64,000 bases of DNA from Candidatus Brocadiaceae bacterium. GTDB taxonomy: Bacteria; Planctomycetota; Brocadiia; SM23-32. This document shows, one piece after another, positions 9,700-20,523 of this stretch (position 1 is the first letter of the stretch; each line of letters opens with the position of its first letter). The notes under the pieces were generated by a model that saw only the letters and a list, made by a program, of their open reading frames with translations, did no database searches and was not told the origin of the DNA. The translations under genes and the position numbers were made by a program. The DNA lies in assembly GCA_963805825.1 (NCBI GenBank), contig CAWDVO010000025.1, forward strand, positions 22,023 through 86,022, given 5' to 3'.

Positions 9700-10683
9700 A
9701 TGTCCGACAGCACCGACTTCTTGATCCGCCGCGCCCGCCCGGACGAGGCAGAGCGCGTCGCCGCCCTCATCGACTCCGTCTGGGCCGGCAGCATCCGCGA
9801 GCGGCGGCCCTACCTCTTCATCCCGCGCCGCATGGCCGACTACGTGCTCTACGAGAGCGCGGGAGAACTGTGGGGCGTGGTCGGCGCGTATCCCTACGAC
9901 GTGCGCATCCACGGCGTCACGTTCCGCATGGCCGGCATCGGGCAGGTGATCACGCGTCCGGACCGGCGCGGGCGCGGCGTCATGACGGCGCTGCTCGACC
10001 GGGCGCTCGGCGACCTGCGCGCGGACGGCGTCGAGGCGGCCTGGCTCTCGGGCGACCGGCTGCGCTACAGTCGCTTCGGCTTCGTGCCGGGCGGACGGGC
10101 GTTGCGTTTCGTCACGAGTGCCCGCTACCTTCCGACCCCGCCGCCCGAGGGCGCCGTCCGGCGGATGGACCTTGTCCGCGAACTTGACCGCGTCCAGCAA
10201 GCCCGCTCCGCGCTGCCGACCTCCGTCCTGATGCACGACGACGAGCTGGCGCTGGCGCTCGGGAGCTTCGGCGTCAGCGGCCTGGCCCTGGGCGAATCCT
10301 TCGCCCTCTTCAACGGCAAAGGGGACCGGATGCTGCTGGCCTCCGGCCCGCCGGACGACGTGGCCCTCCTTCTCGCCCATCAGGCCGCCGCGAGTGGGCA
10401 ACACGACATCACCTTCGAGACCCCCGCCGCCCCCTGCCCGCTTGCGGAGATGGGCCGGCGCGTCGCGGCGCGGGCGAGCGTGGTGCCGTGCGCGCTCTTC
10501 AGCGTGGTCGCGCTGCAGCCGTTCGCCAAGAAGGCGGCCGGCCCGGGGTGGAAGGAAGCGAGAGGGATGACGGCGCTCCAGGTCAGCGAGGCGTTCTTCG
10601 ACTGGCTGCCGGGCGCGGCGCGGCTGCCCGGCGTGGAGCCGCTGGACTTCCAGATGACCCACTTCGACCACATCATCCCATAG
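9700..10683 (+). CDS. GNAT family N-acetyltransferase (Eis-like)
   Basis: Acetyl-CoA motif GIGQVITRPDRRGRGVMTALL, YSRFGF. Confidence 0.8.
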   Translation: MSDSTDFLIRRARPDEAERVAALIDSVWAGSIRERRPYLFIPRRMADYVLYESAGELWGVVGAYPYDVRIHGVTFRMAGIGQVITRPDRRGRGVMTALLDRALGDLRADGVEAAWLSGDRLRYSRFGFVPGGRALRFVTSARYLPTPPPEGAVRRMDLVRELDRVQQARSALPTSVLMHDDELALALGSFGVSGLALGESFALFNGKGDRMLLASGPPDDVALLLAHQAAASGQHDITFETPAAPCPLAEMGRRVAARASVVPCALFSVVALQPFAKKAAGPGWKEARGMTALQVSEAFFDWLPGAARLPGVEPLDFQMTHFDHIIP

Positions 10684-10691
10684 GGGATGCC

Positions 10692-11721
10692 ATGCCCGTG
10701 CAATCGGTGACCGGGCCGGTCGAGGCGGACGCGCTCGGCGTCGCCCTCCCCCACGAGCACCTGCTCATCGACCTGCGCAACCAGTACGCCGGCGGCCGGC
10801 CCGAGGGCGACGCCCCCCTGACCACGCAGAACGTCGACCTCGTCCGCCGCGACCCTTACGCCCTCCGCGACAACCTGCTGCTCGACAGCGTGGACCTCGC
10901 CGTCGAGGAGGCACTCCACTTCCAGCGCGCCGGCGGGCGGCACCATCGTGGACTGCACCTCGCGCGGCATCGGCCGCCGTCCGGCCGCCCTGCTCGACAT
11001 CGCCCGCCGCACCGGCCTCAACGTCATCGCCGGCTGCGGACACTACACGCAGGACACCCACCCGGCCGAGCTGGCGGAGTGGCCGCCCGAGCGCATCGCC
11101 GATGAGACGGTGCGCGAGCTGACGGACGGCATCGACGGCACGGGCATCCGCGCGGGCGTCATAGGCGAGATCGGCACCGGCAGCCCCATCCACCCGGACG
11201 AGGCGAAGGTGCTGCGGGCGGCCGCCATCGCGTGGCAGCAGGCGCCGGTCGCCGTCTACGTCCACACCTTCCCCTGGGGCGGCGAGGGCCTGCGGGCTGC
11301 CCGCATCCTCATCGACGGCGGGATCGACCCCGCGCGCGTCGTCATCTGCCACGGCGACGTGGAGCTGGACCTCGCCTACCTGCGCCGCCTCTGCGAGCTG
11401 GGCGTCTGCGTGGAATTCGACAACTTCGGCAAGGAGTTCGAGCCGGAGCCCGTCGAGGGCGGATTCGCGGGCGGCGCGTTCGCCTCGGACGCCGAGCGCG
11501 TGCGCGCCATCGTCGAGCTGCTCGACGCCGGCCACGAGAGCCGCCTGCTCGTCACCAACGACATCTGCCTCAAGGGCATGCTGCACGCCTACGGCGGGCG
11601 CGGCTACGACCACGTCCTGACAGGCGTCGTCCCCGCCCTGCGCGCCGCCGGCGCAACGCAGCACACGATCGACGCGTTCCTCGTCGACAACCCTCGCCGG
11701 CTGCTGACCGGCGACCACTGA
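10692..11721 (+). CDS. Phosphotriesterase-related amidohydrolase; frameshift near 10935
   Basis: VQSVTGPV..LG..LPHEHL, DCTSRGIGR, GIDGTGIRAGVIGEIG, HT, CHGD, TNDIC, GYDHV. Confidence 0.88.
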
Positions 11722-11735
11722 CAGGAGATGCCACA

Positions 11736-12539
11736 ATGTCTACCGTTCGCGACAGGCTCTGGCTCTGGGGACACGAGGCCGGCTCGCACAGCGCCGTGAG
11801 CACCAACGGCCAATGGGGCGCGCTCGGCCCCTCGCGCATCACGCCCGCCGAGGCGTGCCACTACATGGGCGTCCCGAACTGCGTCATGGTCGTCTACGGC
11901 AACAAGCCGGAGCCGCCGTTCGACCAGCACGCGCTGGCGATGGACTCCCTTAGCCGCGTCGTCTGGTCCGTCATGGGCGACGCCGGCTCGACGCGCAACG
12001 ACAAGGAGAGCGACCTCGCGGCCGTGCTCGACGTGGCAGCGAAGCACCCTAACATCGCCGGGGCCATCATGGACGACTTCTTCCGCGGCACGCGCGCCCG
12101 CTACACGCCGCAGCAGCTCGACGCCATCCGGCAGCCGCTCCGCGCCGCCGGCCTCGACCTGTGGGTCGTCCTCTACTACAAGCAAGTCGATCAGCCCCTG
12201 CAGGAGCACCTCGCGTTCTGCGACGTGGTCACCTTCTGGACGATGCCCGGCCGCGAAATCGTCAACCTGGAGGCCAACTTCGCGAAGCTCGTGGAGGCCA
12301 TGCCGGCGAAGCGCCGCGTGCTCGGCTGCTACATGTACAACTACGGCGAGAAGAAGCCGATGGACCTCGCCCTGATGGAGCAGCAGTGCGACCTCGGCCT
12401 GAAGTGGCTGAAAGAGGGCATGATCGAGGGCATCATCTTCCTGGCAAGCTGCATCTGCGACCTGCGGCTGGAGGCGGTCGAGTGGACGCGCGAGTGGATC
12501 GCTCGCGTCGGCGACGAAGCGGTGCCGGACCTGCCCTGA
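11736..12539 (+). CDS. Conserved hypothetical protein, probable TIM-barrel fold
   Basis: Host-like codon usage, RBS AGGAG, motifs LWLWGH, GAIMDDFF, DVVTFW. Last gene of the LacI-led operon. Confidence 0.7.
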   Translation: MSTVRDRLWLWGHEAGSHSAVSTNGQWGALGPSRITPAEACHYMGVPNCVMVVYGNKPEPPFDQHALAMDSLSRVVWSVMGDAGSTRNDKESDLAAVLDVAAKHPNIAGAIMDDFFRGTRARYTPQQLDAIRQPLRAAGLDLWVVLYYKQVDQPLQEHLAFCDVVTFWTMPGREIVNLEANFAKLVEAMPAKRRVLGCYMYNYGEKKPMDLALMEQQCDLGLKWLKEGMIEGIIFLASCICDLRLEAVEWTREWIARVGDEAVPDLP

Positions 12540-12609
12540 GGTTGCGGCCGGCCCGGTGTGCGGCTTAGAATGCTGCCGTCAGAGGGCGTCATCCGAAAGG
12601 GACCTGCCG

Positions 12610-13650
12610 ATGGCGAGGGGCCGCGCGCGCGCGATCATACCGCTGCTCATCATCCTCGCCGCGGCCGGCTTCGGCGTCTGGTACTGGCACACGCATCGCC
12701 CGAGCGCGCCGACCAACGTGCTCACCCTCTACGGCAACGTGGACATCCGCCAGGTGGACCTGGCATTCCTCGACAGCGAGCGCGTCGCCACGATGCTCGT
12801 CGAAGAGGGGGACGCGGTGGTGGCCGGGCAGAAGCTGGCCACGCTCGACACAGGCCGCGTGGAGCCGGCCGTCGCGCAGGCCCAGGCGCAGGTGGCGGCC
12901 CAGGCGCAGGTGGTCGCGCGCCTGAAGGCCGGCAGCCGGCCGGAGGAGATAGCGAGCGCTCGCGCGAACGTCGCCGCCGCCCAGGCGGACGCCACGAACG
13001 CCCACGCGGCCTACAAGCGCGCCGCCGACCTGGCCGCCAAGAAGGTCGTCCCGCAGCAGACCCTCGACGACGCCACGGCCGCCCGCGACGCCGCCGACGC
13101 TCACCTGAACGCCGCCCAGGAGGCCCTCAACCTGGCCGTGGCGGGACCGCGCAAGGAGGACATCGCCGCCGCCGAGGCCGACCTGCAGGCAGACCAGGCC
13201 GCCCTCGACCTGGCGCAGCGCCGCCTCGCGGACGCCGTCCTCTACGCCCCGGCGGACGGCATCGTCCGCAACCGCATCCTGGAGCCGGGCGACATGGCCT
13301 CGCCCCAGCGCCCCGCCTACACAATGGCGCTGACCGACCCGATCTGGGTGCGCGCCTACGTCGCCGAGCCGGACCTCGGCAAGATCTGGCCCGGCATGCA
13401 GGCGCAGGTGCGCGACGGACAGCTACCCGACCAAGACCTACGCCGGCTGGGTCGGCTACATCTCCCCCACCGCCGAGTTCACGCCGAAGGCCGTCGAGAC
13501 CACGCAGGTGCGCACGAACCTCGTCTACCAGGTGCGCGTCTACGTCCACAACCCCGAGGGCGAGCTGCGCCTCGGCATGCCGGCCACCGTCACCATCGCG
13601 CTCGACCAGGCCCGGCCCGACGCGGGAGCGACCATGGCGACGCCGAGTGA
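12610..13650 (+). CDS. ybhG: HlyD-family secretion protein (YbhG-like); frameshift near 13410
   Basis: LTLYGNVDIRQVDLAF, AGSRPEEI, WVRAYVAE. In the second frame ISPTAEFTPKAVET..RTNLVYQVR, LRLGMPATV. Confidence 0.85.
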   Translation: MARGRARAIIPLLIILAAAGFGVWYWHTHRPSAPTNVLTLYGNVDIRQVDLAFLDSERVATMLVEEGDAVVAGQKLATLDTGRVEPAVAQAQAQVAAQAQVVARLKAGSRPEEIASARANVAAAQADATNAHAAYKRAADLAAKKVVPQQTLDDATAARDAADAHLNAAQEALNLAVAGPRKEDIAAAEADLQADQAALDLAQRRLADAVLYAPADGIVRNRILEPGDMASPQRPAYTMALTDPIWVRAYVAEPDLGKIWPGMQAQVRDGQLPDQDLRRLGRLHLPHRRVHAEGRRDHAGAHEPRLPGARLRPQPRGRAAPRHAGHRHHRARPGPARRGSDHGDAE

Positions 13651-15397
13651 CGGACCGGTCCTGGAGCTGAGCGGCGTCGGCAAGACCTTCCGCGCGGGCA
13701 AGCGCCGCACCGAGGCGCTGCGCGACGTGAGCTTCGGCGTGCGGCCCGGCATCGTCACCGGCCTGATCGGCCCGGACGCCGCGGGCAAGACGACGCTGAT
13801 GCGGCTTTGCGCCGGGCTGCTCGTGCCGGACGCCGGCGGCATCACGGCGCTCGGCCTCGACTGCGCGCGACGAGTCGGCGCAGGTGCAGGCGTCCGTCGG
13901 CTACATGCCGCAGCAGTTCGGCCTGTACGAGGACCTCTCCGTCCAGGAGAACCTGGACCTCTACGCGGACCTGCACGGCGTGCCGCGCCGCGAGCGCGCC
14001 CGAGCGCTACGAGAGCTGATGCGGATGACCGGCCTCGCGCCGTTCACGGCGCGCCTGGCCGGCCGGCTCTCCGGCGGCATGAAGCAGAAGCTCGGCCTGG
14101 CCTGCACGCTGGTCCGCTCGCCGCGGCTGCTGCTGCTGGACGAGCCGACCGTCGGCGTCGACCCGGTCTCGCGGCGCGAGCTGTGGGAGATCGTCTACCG
14201 CCTGGTGCGCGAGGAAGGCGTGACCGTCCTGCTGAGCACGGCCTACCTGGACGAGGCGGAGCGCTGCGACGAGGTGGTGCATGCTGCACGAGGGCCGCGT
14301 GCTCGGGCAGGGGCCGCCGGCGTCGTTCCGCGAGAGGGTGCAGGGGCGGACCTTCAGCGTGTCCGTGCCGGCCTCGGCAAAGCGCCGGCTCCAGGCGCAG
14401 CTCGCCGCCGCGCCGGGCGTGATCGGACGCCATCGTCATCGGCGACGGCGTGCGCGTGGTGATGGACGAGCGCCGCCGCGCCCGACCTCGGCGCGCTGCT
14501 GCCGGGCGAGGAGGGCGTCTCGGCCGAACCCGTGCCGCCGCGCTTCGAGGACAGCTTCATCGCCATGCTGCACGCGGAGCGCGCGGGCGGCGCCGCGTCG
14601 CACCGCCATGGAAGGCGACGGCCACCACACGGCGCGCGAGGCGACGGGGCCCGTCATCGAGGTGCAGGACCTGAAGCGGCGGTTCGGCAATTTCTGCGCG
14701 GTCAAGGGCATCAGCTTCAGCGTCGAGCGCGGGGAGGTCTTCGGGCTGCTGGGCGCGAACGGCGCGGGCAAGTCGACCACGTTCCGGATGCTGTGCGGGC
14801 TGCTGCCGGCGAGCGGCGGGCGACCTCAGCGTGGCCGGCGTGGACCTGCGCCGCGCGGCGGCCGCAGGCGCGGGCGCGCATCGGCTACATGTCGCAGAAG
14901 TTCTCCCTCTACGGCAACCTGAGCGTGCGCCAGAACCTGCGGTTTCTTCAGCAGCGCCTACGGCCTGCGCGGCGGGCGCGGCGCGAGCGGATGGAGTGGG
15001 CGCTGGAGGAGTTCGAGTTCGGCCCGCTGGCCGACGCGAACAGCGGCACGCTGCCGCTGGGCTACAAGCAGCGCCTGGCGATGGCCTGCGCGCTGATGCA
15101 CGAGCCGGACATCCTGTTCCTCGACGAGCCGACCTGCGGCGTCGACCCGCTGACGCGCCGCGAGTTCTGGGCCCGCATCAACGCGCTGGCCGAGCGCGGC
15201 GTGACAGTGATGGTGACCACGCACTTCATGGAGGAGGCCGAGTACTGCGACCGCCTGGCGATCATGGCCGCCGGCGAGATCCTGGCCGTCGGCAGGCCGG
15301 CCGAGATCACGCGCCAGCGCGCGCACGGACGAGCATCCCGAGCCGACGCTCGAGGACGCCTTCATCGGCCTGATCGAGCCAGAGGGGGCGCGCATGA
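13634..15397 (+). CDS. ybhF: ABC transporter ATP-binding protein with two NBDs (YbhF-like); several frameshifts
   Basis: Walker [10 protein letters not shown] and [45 protein letters not shown] spread across frames. End approximate. Confidence 0.85.
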
Positions 15398-16521
15398 GCA
15401 GCGCGACCGCCGCCGGCTGCGAAGCGGCTCTGGATGCCGCAAGGAGTTCCTCCAGATCCTCCGCGACCCCAGCAGCATCGCCATCGCGTTCCTGATGCCG
15501 GTGGTCCTGCTGCTGCTGTTCGGCTACGGCGTCTCGCTCGACTCCGAGCACGTGCCGGTGGCGCTCGTCGTGGACCAGCCGGAGCGCGCGGACGCGGCCT
15601 TCGTCGGCGCGTTCGCGCACTCGCTCTACTTCACGCCCGTCGTCATGCGCGACATGCCGGCGGCGCAGGAGGCGCTGATGGCGCGGCGCGTCGACGCCAT
15701 CGTGCGGCTGCGCGAGGACTTCACGCGGCAGCTCGCCACCGGCGGCGCGCCCATCCAGGTGATCGTCAACGGCGTGGACGCCAACACCGCCCGCCAGATG
15801 CTCGGCTACATTCCGGCGCGTGGGCGAAGTGGCTGGAGCACGAGGCGGACCAGTCGCGGCATCGCGGCCGCGGCGCCGGTGCAGCTGGAGCAGCGCGTCT
15901 GGTTCAACCCCGAGTTGCGCAGCCGCAACTTCCTGGTGCCCGGGCTGGTCGCGGTCATCATGACGCTGATCGGCGCGCTGCTGACGGCCATGGTGATGGC
16001 GCGCGAGTGGGAGCGCGGCACGATGGAGGCGCTGCTGGTGACGCCGGCCGCGATGCGCGAGATACTGATCGGCAAGCTGGTGCCCTACTTCGTCCTGGGC
16101 ATGGGCGGCATGGCGCTGTCGGTGGCGATGGCGGTCTTTCTGTTCGACGTGCCGCTGCGCGGGTCGCTGTGGGTGCTGTTCGGCGCGTCGTCGCTGTTCA
16201 TGCTGGCGGCGCTGGGCATGGGGCTGCTGATCTCGGTGCTGGCGAAGAACCAGTTCGTGGCGGGCCAGGTCGCCATCATCGTCACCTTCCTGCCGGCGTT
16301 CATCCTCTAGCGGCTTCATCTTCGACATCGGCAGCATGCCGGCCGTCGTGCAGGGCATCACCCACGTCGTGGCGGCCCGCTATTTCGTCTCGATCCTGCA
16401 GACCGTCTTCCTCGCGGGCGACGTCTGGAGCGTCATTCTGCCGAACGCGGCGGCCCTGGCGATCATGGCCGTCATCTTCCTCGGGCTGACGCGGCGGCTC
16501 TCACGCAAGCGACTGGAGTAG
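15394..16521 (+). CDS. ybhS: ABC-2 permease (YbhS-like); frameshifts
   Basis: KEFLQILRDPSSI, WFNPELRSRNFLVPG, AREWERGTMEALL. Confidence 0.85.
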
Positions 16522-16524
16522 GCC

Positions 16525-17636
16525 ATGTGGCAGCGCATCCTCGCGCTGGCGCTCAAGGAGTTCCTGGCCCTGCTGAAGGACCAAGAGCCGCGTCGTCATC
16601 ATCGTGCCGCCGATCCTGCAGCTGCTGGTCTTCGGCTACGCGGCCACCTTCGACCTGAAGAACGTGCCCTACGCGGTCTACGACGAGGACGGCGGCGAGG
16701 CGGCGCAGGCGCTGCTGGCGGGGTTCGACGGTTCGCCCAACTTCCGCGAGGTGGCCCGCATCACCCACCAGGACCAGATGGCTCCGCTGGTGGACGACCG
16801 CGGAGGCGCTGATGGTCGTTCACGTCGGGCCGACGTTCAGCCGTGACCTGCGCTCGGCCGGCCGGCGCCGGTGCAGGTGATCGTGGACGGCCGCAACTCG
16901 AACACCGCCATGCTGGCCCTCAACTACGCGAGCGACATCGTCAGCGCTTCGGCGCCCGCTGGTCGGCCGAGCACGGCGGCTGCCGCCTCTGCCGGCGACG
17001 CTGGAGACGCGCGCGTGGTTCAACCCGAACCTGGAGAGCCGCTGGTTCATCGTGCCCGGCATCGTGGGGCTGCTGACGCTGGTGGTGACGATGCTGGTGA
17101 CGGCGCTGTCGGTGGCGCGCGAGCGCGAGCAGGGGACGTTCGACCAGTTGCTGGTCACGCCGCTGCGGCCGGTGGAGATACTGATCGGCAAGGCGCTGCC
17201 GGGGTTCGTCATCGGCGTCTTCGAGGCGACGTTCATCACGACGATGGCCATGTTCTGGTTCCACATCCCGCTTCCGGGCAGCTTGGCCACGCTCTACGCG
17301 GGCATCGTGCTCTTCCTGCTGGCCGTCATCGGCGTGGGGCTGATGATCTCGTCGCTGGCGGTGACGCATGCAGCAGGGCCTGCTGGGCGCGTTCCTGTTC
17401 CTGGTGCCGGCCATCATCCTCTCGCGGCTTCACCACGCCCATCGCCAACATGCCGCGTCTCGTGCAGGACCTGACCTACCTCAACCCGATGCGCTACTTC
17501 ATGGTGATCCTGCGCGGCGTGTTCCTCGAGGGCACGCCCTTCCACCTGCTGATCGGCCAGTTCTGGCCGATGGCCGTCATCGGGCTGGTCGAACCTGACC
17601 GTGGCGGGGTGGCTGTTCAGGCACCGCATGTACTGA
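16525..17636 (+). CDS. ybhR: ABC-2 permease (YbhR-like); frameshifts
   Basis: KEFLALLKD, FGYAATFD, DGRNSNTA, SVAREREQGTFDQLLVTP, LNPMRYF. Confidence 0.85.
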
Positions 17637-17650
17637 CCGCACTGCAGGCG

Positions 17651-17680
17651 TTGAAGGCGAAGCGGCGGGCCTGCTACAAT
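17651..17680 (+). promoter_or_regulatory. Putative promoter of the six-gene biosynthetic operon
   Basis: TTGAAG - 18 bp - TGn-extended TACAAT. GGAGAGG RBS before the GTG at 17721. Confidence 0.55.
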
Positions 17681-17720
17681 GTGATACTCTTCGTGGGCTG
17701 CCGGTATCGAGGGGAGAGGC

Positions 17721-19244
17721 GTGGACGTCCTACTCATCAACAGCAACGTGACACGTTGTGCGCTATCCGGTTACGGCCACACACCCGCGCCAGCCGGACT
17801 CATCAGCCTGGCCGGCGTGCTGAGGCGCGCCGGACACCGCGTGCGCATCTGCCAGGCCGACAGCCACGTGCTCGCCCAGGACGAGGACGAGCTGCCCCTG
17901 GCGCGCGCCGAAGCCGAGCGCCTGCTCAAGGCGGGCGTGCCGGACGCCATCGGCATCTCCCTGCGGAACGTCGGCGCCATGCGCCGCCCCACCAACCCCT
18001 TCCAACTGATCCGGTACTACTCCGCGTTCCACGACGCCCGCCTGGTAAGGGCATTGCGCACGGTCTGCGGCGCGCCCATCGTCGTCGGTGGCACGGCCTT
18101 CTCCGTCGAACCGGGCCTCTACATGCGGCACGTGCAGCCGGACTACGGCCTGCTCGGCGAGGCGGAGGAGACGCTGCCGGCCTTGCTGGCCTGTCTTTCG
18201 GAGGGCCGCGAGCCGGAGGGCATCCCCGGCCTGGCCCGCACGCCCGAGGACGTGGCGCCCGGCCGGCGCACCTACGGGCGCGTGAAAGACATGTCCGTCC
18301 TCGGCCCCGGCGCGTTCGATACGGTGGACGACTTCCGCCGCCGATACTACGACCAGGGCGGCCTGGCCCCGATCCAGACCAAGCGCGGCTGCCCCATGCA
18401 GTGCCTCTACTGCACCACGCCCTGCATCGAGGGTGGCGCCTACCGATTTCGCCCGCTGGAACACGTCATCGCCGAGATGCGGGCCTACCGCGACGCCTGC
18501 GGCGTGCGCCATTTCTTCATCGTGGACGCCACCTTCAACCACCCACCGGACCACGGGCTGGAGGTCTGCGAGGCCCTCATCGAGGCCGACCTCGGCATAG
18601 AGTGGTTCACTGAGCTGACGCCGGCCGTCGTAACGGATGAGATGTGCCGCCGGATGGTCCGCGCCGGCTGCATCGGCGTCACCCTCACGCCGGACGCCTG
18701 TTCCGAGCAGACGCTCCGGTCCTACGGCAAGCCGTTCGGCGTGGCCGAGGTGCGCAACGCCGTCAAGCTGCTGAAAGCTCACGGCATCCCGTTCGACACC
18801 TGTCTGATCGTCGGTGGTCCGGGCGAGACCGAGCGGACGCTGGCCGAGTCGATCGCATTCTGCGAGGAGCACCTGCGGGAGGACGTGGTGCGCTTCTACG
18901 ACGGCATGGTGCTGACGACCAGCTCGCGCGGCTACGGCGTCGCGGTGGACGAGGGGCTGATCGACCCGTCGCGGTCCTACGAGGACCTGGTGCTGGGCAA
19001 CGACTTCCGCGCGGTGAAGGCGTACCACTACTTCTTCCCGCACGTCAAGGCCGGCAGGGCCGAACTGATGGCGAAGGTGGATCGCCTTTGCCGCCGCGGC
19101 CGATGGTTGCTGACAAGCCGGGACTATGCACCGGACCCGGCCACCGGGGAGTTCGCACTCTCGGGGGACTTCCATCTGCAGCCCGGGGCGCGCCCGTGGT
19201 GGAGCGGCCTGCGGCGTGCCGAACCCGCGCCTTCGGAGGGTTGA
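17721..19244 (+). CDS. Cobalamin-binding radical SAM protein
   Basis: N-terminal B12-binding Rossmann (PAGLISLAGVL, PDAIGISLRN, IVVGG, GEAE), then IQTKRGCPMQCLYC (CxxxCxxC) and GGPGET. Confidence 0.92.
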   Translation: MDVLLINSNVTRCALSGYGHTPAPAGLISLAGVLRRAGHRVRICQADSHVLAQDEDELPLARAEAERLLKAGVPDAIGISLRNVGAMRRPTNPFQLIRYYSAFHDARLVRALRTVCGAPIVVGGTAFSVEPGLYMRHVQPDYGLLGEAEETLPALLACLSEGREPEGIPGLARTPEDVAPGRRTYGRVKDMSVLGPGAFDTVDDFRRRYYDQGGLAPIQTKRGCPMQCLYCTTPCIEGGAYRFRPLEHVIAEMRAYRDACGVRHFFIVDATFNHPPDHGLEVCEALIEADLGIEWFTELTPAVVTDEMCRRMVRAGCIGVTLTPDACSEQTLRSYGKPFGVAEVRNAVKLLKAHGIPFDTCLIVGGPGETERTLAESIAFCEEHLREDVVRFYDGMVLTTSSRGYGVAVDEGLIDPSRSYEDLVLGNDFRAVKAYHYFFPHVKAGRAELMAKVDRLCRRGRWLLTSRDYAPDPATGEFALSGDFHLQPGARPWWSGLRRAEPAPSEG

Positions 19245-19249
19245 TTGCC

Positions 19250-20512
19250 ATGCACACCATCGCGTGGGGCGAGGACGTGTACGAGTTCGAGGTGCCGGAC
19301 GGCGCCTGCCTGACCCGCCTGGAAGGGCCGTCGGCCGAGCCTAACGGCGATCCGCGCGAGGCCATCCGTCGCGCGCTGCGCAGCCCGCTGGGCTGCCCGC
19401 CGCTGCAGGAGCTGGCGCGCGGCCGTCGCACGGTGGCCGTCATGGTGCCGGGCAAGGACCGCGTGGCCGCCGTCGCCGACTGCCTGCCCGTACTTCTGGA
19501 CGAGCTGAACGCCGCCGGCGTGCCCGATGAGGCGGTCACCGCCTACCTGGCGACCGGCACACACGCGAAGCACTCCCCGGCCGATGCCGCCCTCGTGCTC
19601 GGCGAGGAGGCGGCCGGCCGCGTCCCCTACGTTCAGCACGACTGCGACGACCCCGCCGGCCTGCGCTCCATCGGGACGACGAGCCGCGGCAACGAGGTGC
19701 TCATCAACGCCGCCGTGCTCGACGCGGACCTGAAGGTGCTGACGGGGCGCGTGATCCCCCACTACTTCGCCGGCTTCGGCGGCGGGCGCAAGGCCCTGAT
19801 ACCGGGCGTCGCCTCGGTCGAGACCATCAAGCGCAACCACCGCCTGACGCTCGCCCCCGAACGCGGCATCCACCCCCGCGTGCGCCCCTGCTCGCTGGAG
19901 GGCAACCCCGTCCACCTGGACATGGTGGAGGGAGCGCGGATGGTGGCCGGCAACTTCGTGCTGAACACCGTCCTGGACACGAGCCACACGCTGGCGGGGG
20001 CGTTTGCCGGTGAGCTGAAGGCGGCCCATGCGGCCGGCTGTGCGGCGGCCGGGCGTCTGCATACGGTGCGGACGCCTGAACCGTTCGACGCCGTCATCAC
20101 GAGCGCCGGCGGCGCGCCATACGACTGCAACTTCATGCAGGCCCTCAAGGCGTTGTTCAACGTGCAGGAGGCCGTCCGGGACGGCGGCGCCGTGCTCTGC
20201 GCGGCGCAGTGTCCGGGCGGGATGAAGGAGGGCTTCCTCCGCTGGGCGCAGGTTAGGCCGGACGGAGAGCTTGAGCGCGGGGTGAGGGCGCGGTATGATC
20301 TGACGGGCCACAACTCCGTCATGCTCAGACGCCTGCTGAGACGCGCGCGCGTGGCCCTCTGGAGCGCACTGCCGCAGGACTCGGTGCAGGCGCTGGGGCT
20401 GGTGCCGGTGCGTTCGCTCGAAGAAGGCCTGAGCTGGCTGCGCGGGGAAGCCGGCGGCGGGCGCTGGGGTCTGGCGCCGTTCGCCAACGTGACCTATGCG
20501 ACTCTGGGCTGA
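19250..20512 (+). CDS. LarA-family nickel-pincer-dependent 2-hydroxy-acid racemase/epimerase
   Basis: ALRSPLG, ATGTH, GTTSRG, PHYFAGFGGGRKALIPG, IKRNH, NPVHLDM, GGAPYDCNFMQALKA. Confidence 0.9.
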   Translation: MHTIAWGEDVYEFEVPDGACLTRLEGPSAEPNGDPREAIRRALRSPLGCPPLQELARGRRTVAVMVPGKDRVAAVADCLPVLLDELNAAGVPDEAVTAYLATGTHAKHSPADAALVLGEEAAGRVPYVQHDCDDPAGLRSIGTTSRGNEVLINAAVLDADLKVLTGRVIPHYFAGFGGGRKALIPGVASVETIKRNHRLTLAPERGIHPRVRPCSLEGNPVHLDMVEGARMVAGNFVLNTVLDTSHTLAGAFAGELKAAHAAGCAAAGRLHTVRTPEPFDAVITSAGGAPYDCNFMQALKALFNVQEAVRDGGAVLCAAQCPGGMKEGFLRWAQVRPDGELERGVRARYDLTGHNSVMLRRLLRRARVALWSALPQDSVQALGLVPVRSLEEGLSWLRGEAGGGRWGLAPFANVTYATLG

Positions 20513-20523
20513 GGGGACGTAGA

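Noticed and set aside
13508-14422. Apparent HlyD-ABC ATPase fusion ORF
   Set aside because: A separate RBS and ATG exist at 13634, and the region is indel-rich, so the fusion is probably artefactual.
12610-17636. YbhGFSR-like exporter as a pseudogene cluster or programmed frameshifting locus
   Set aside because: All motifs are retained, the indels lack slippery sites, and the same pattern hits essential genes, so an assembly artefact is more likely.
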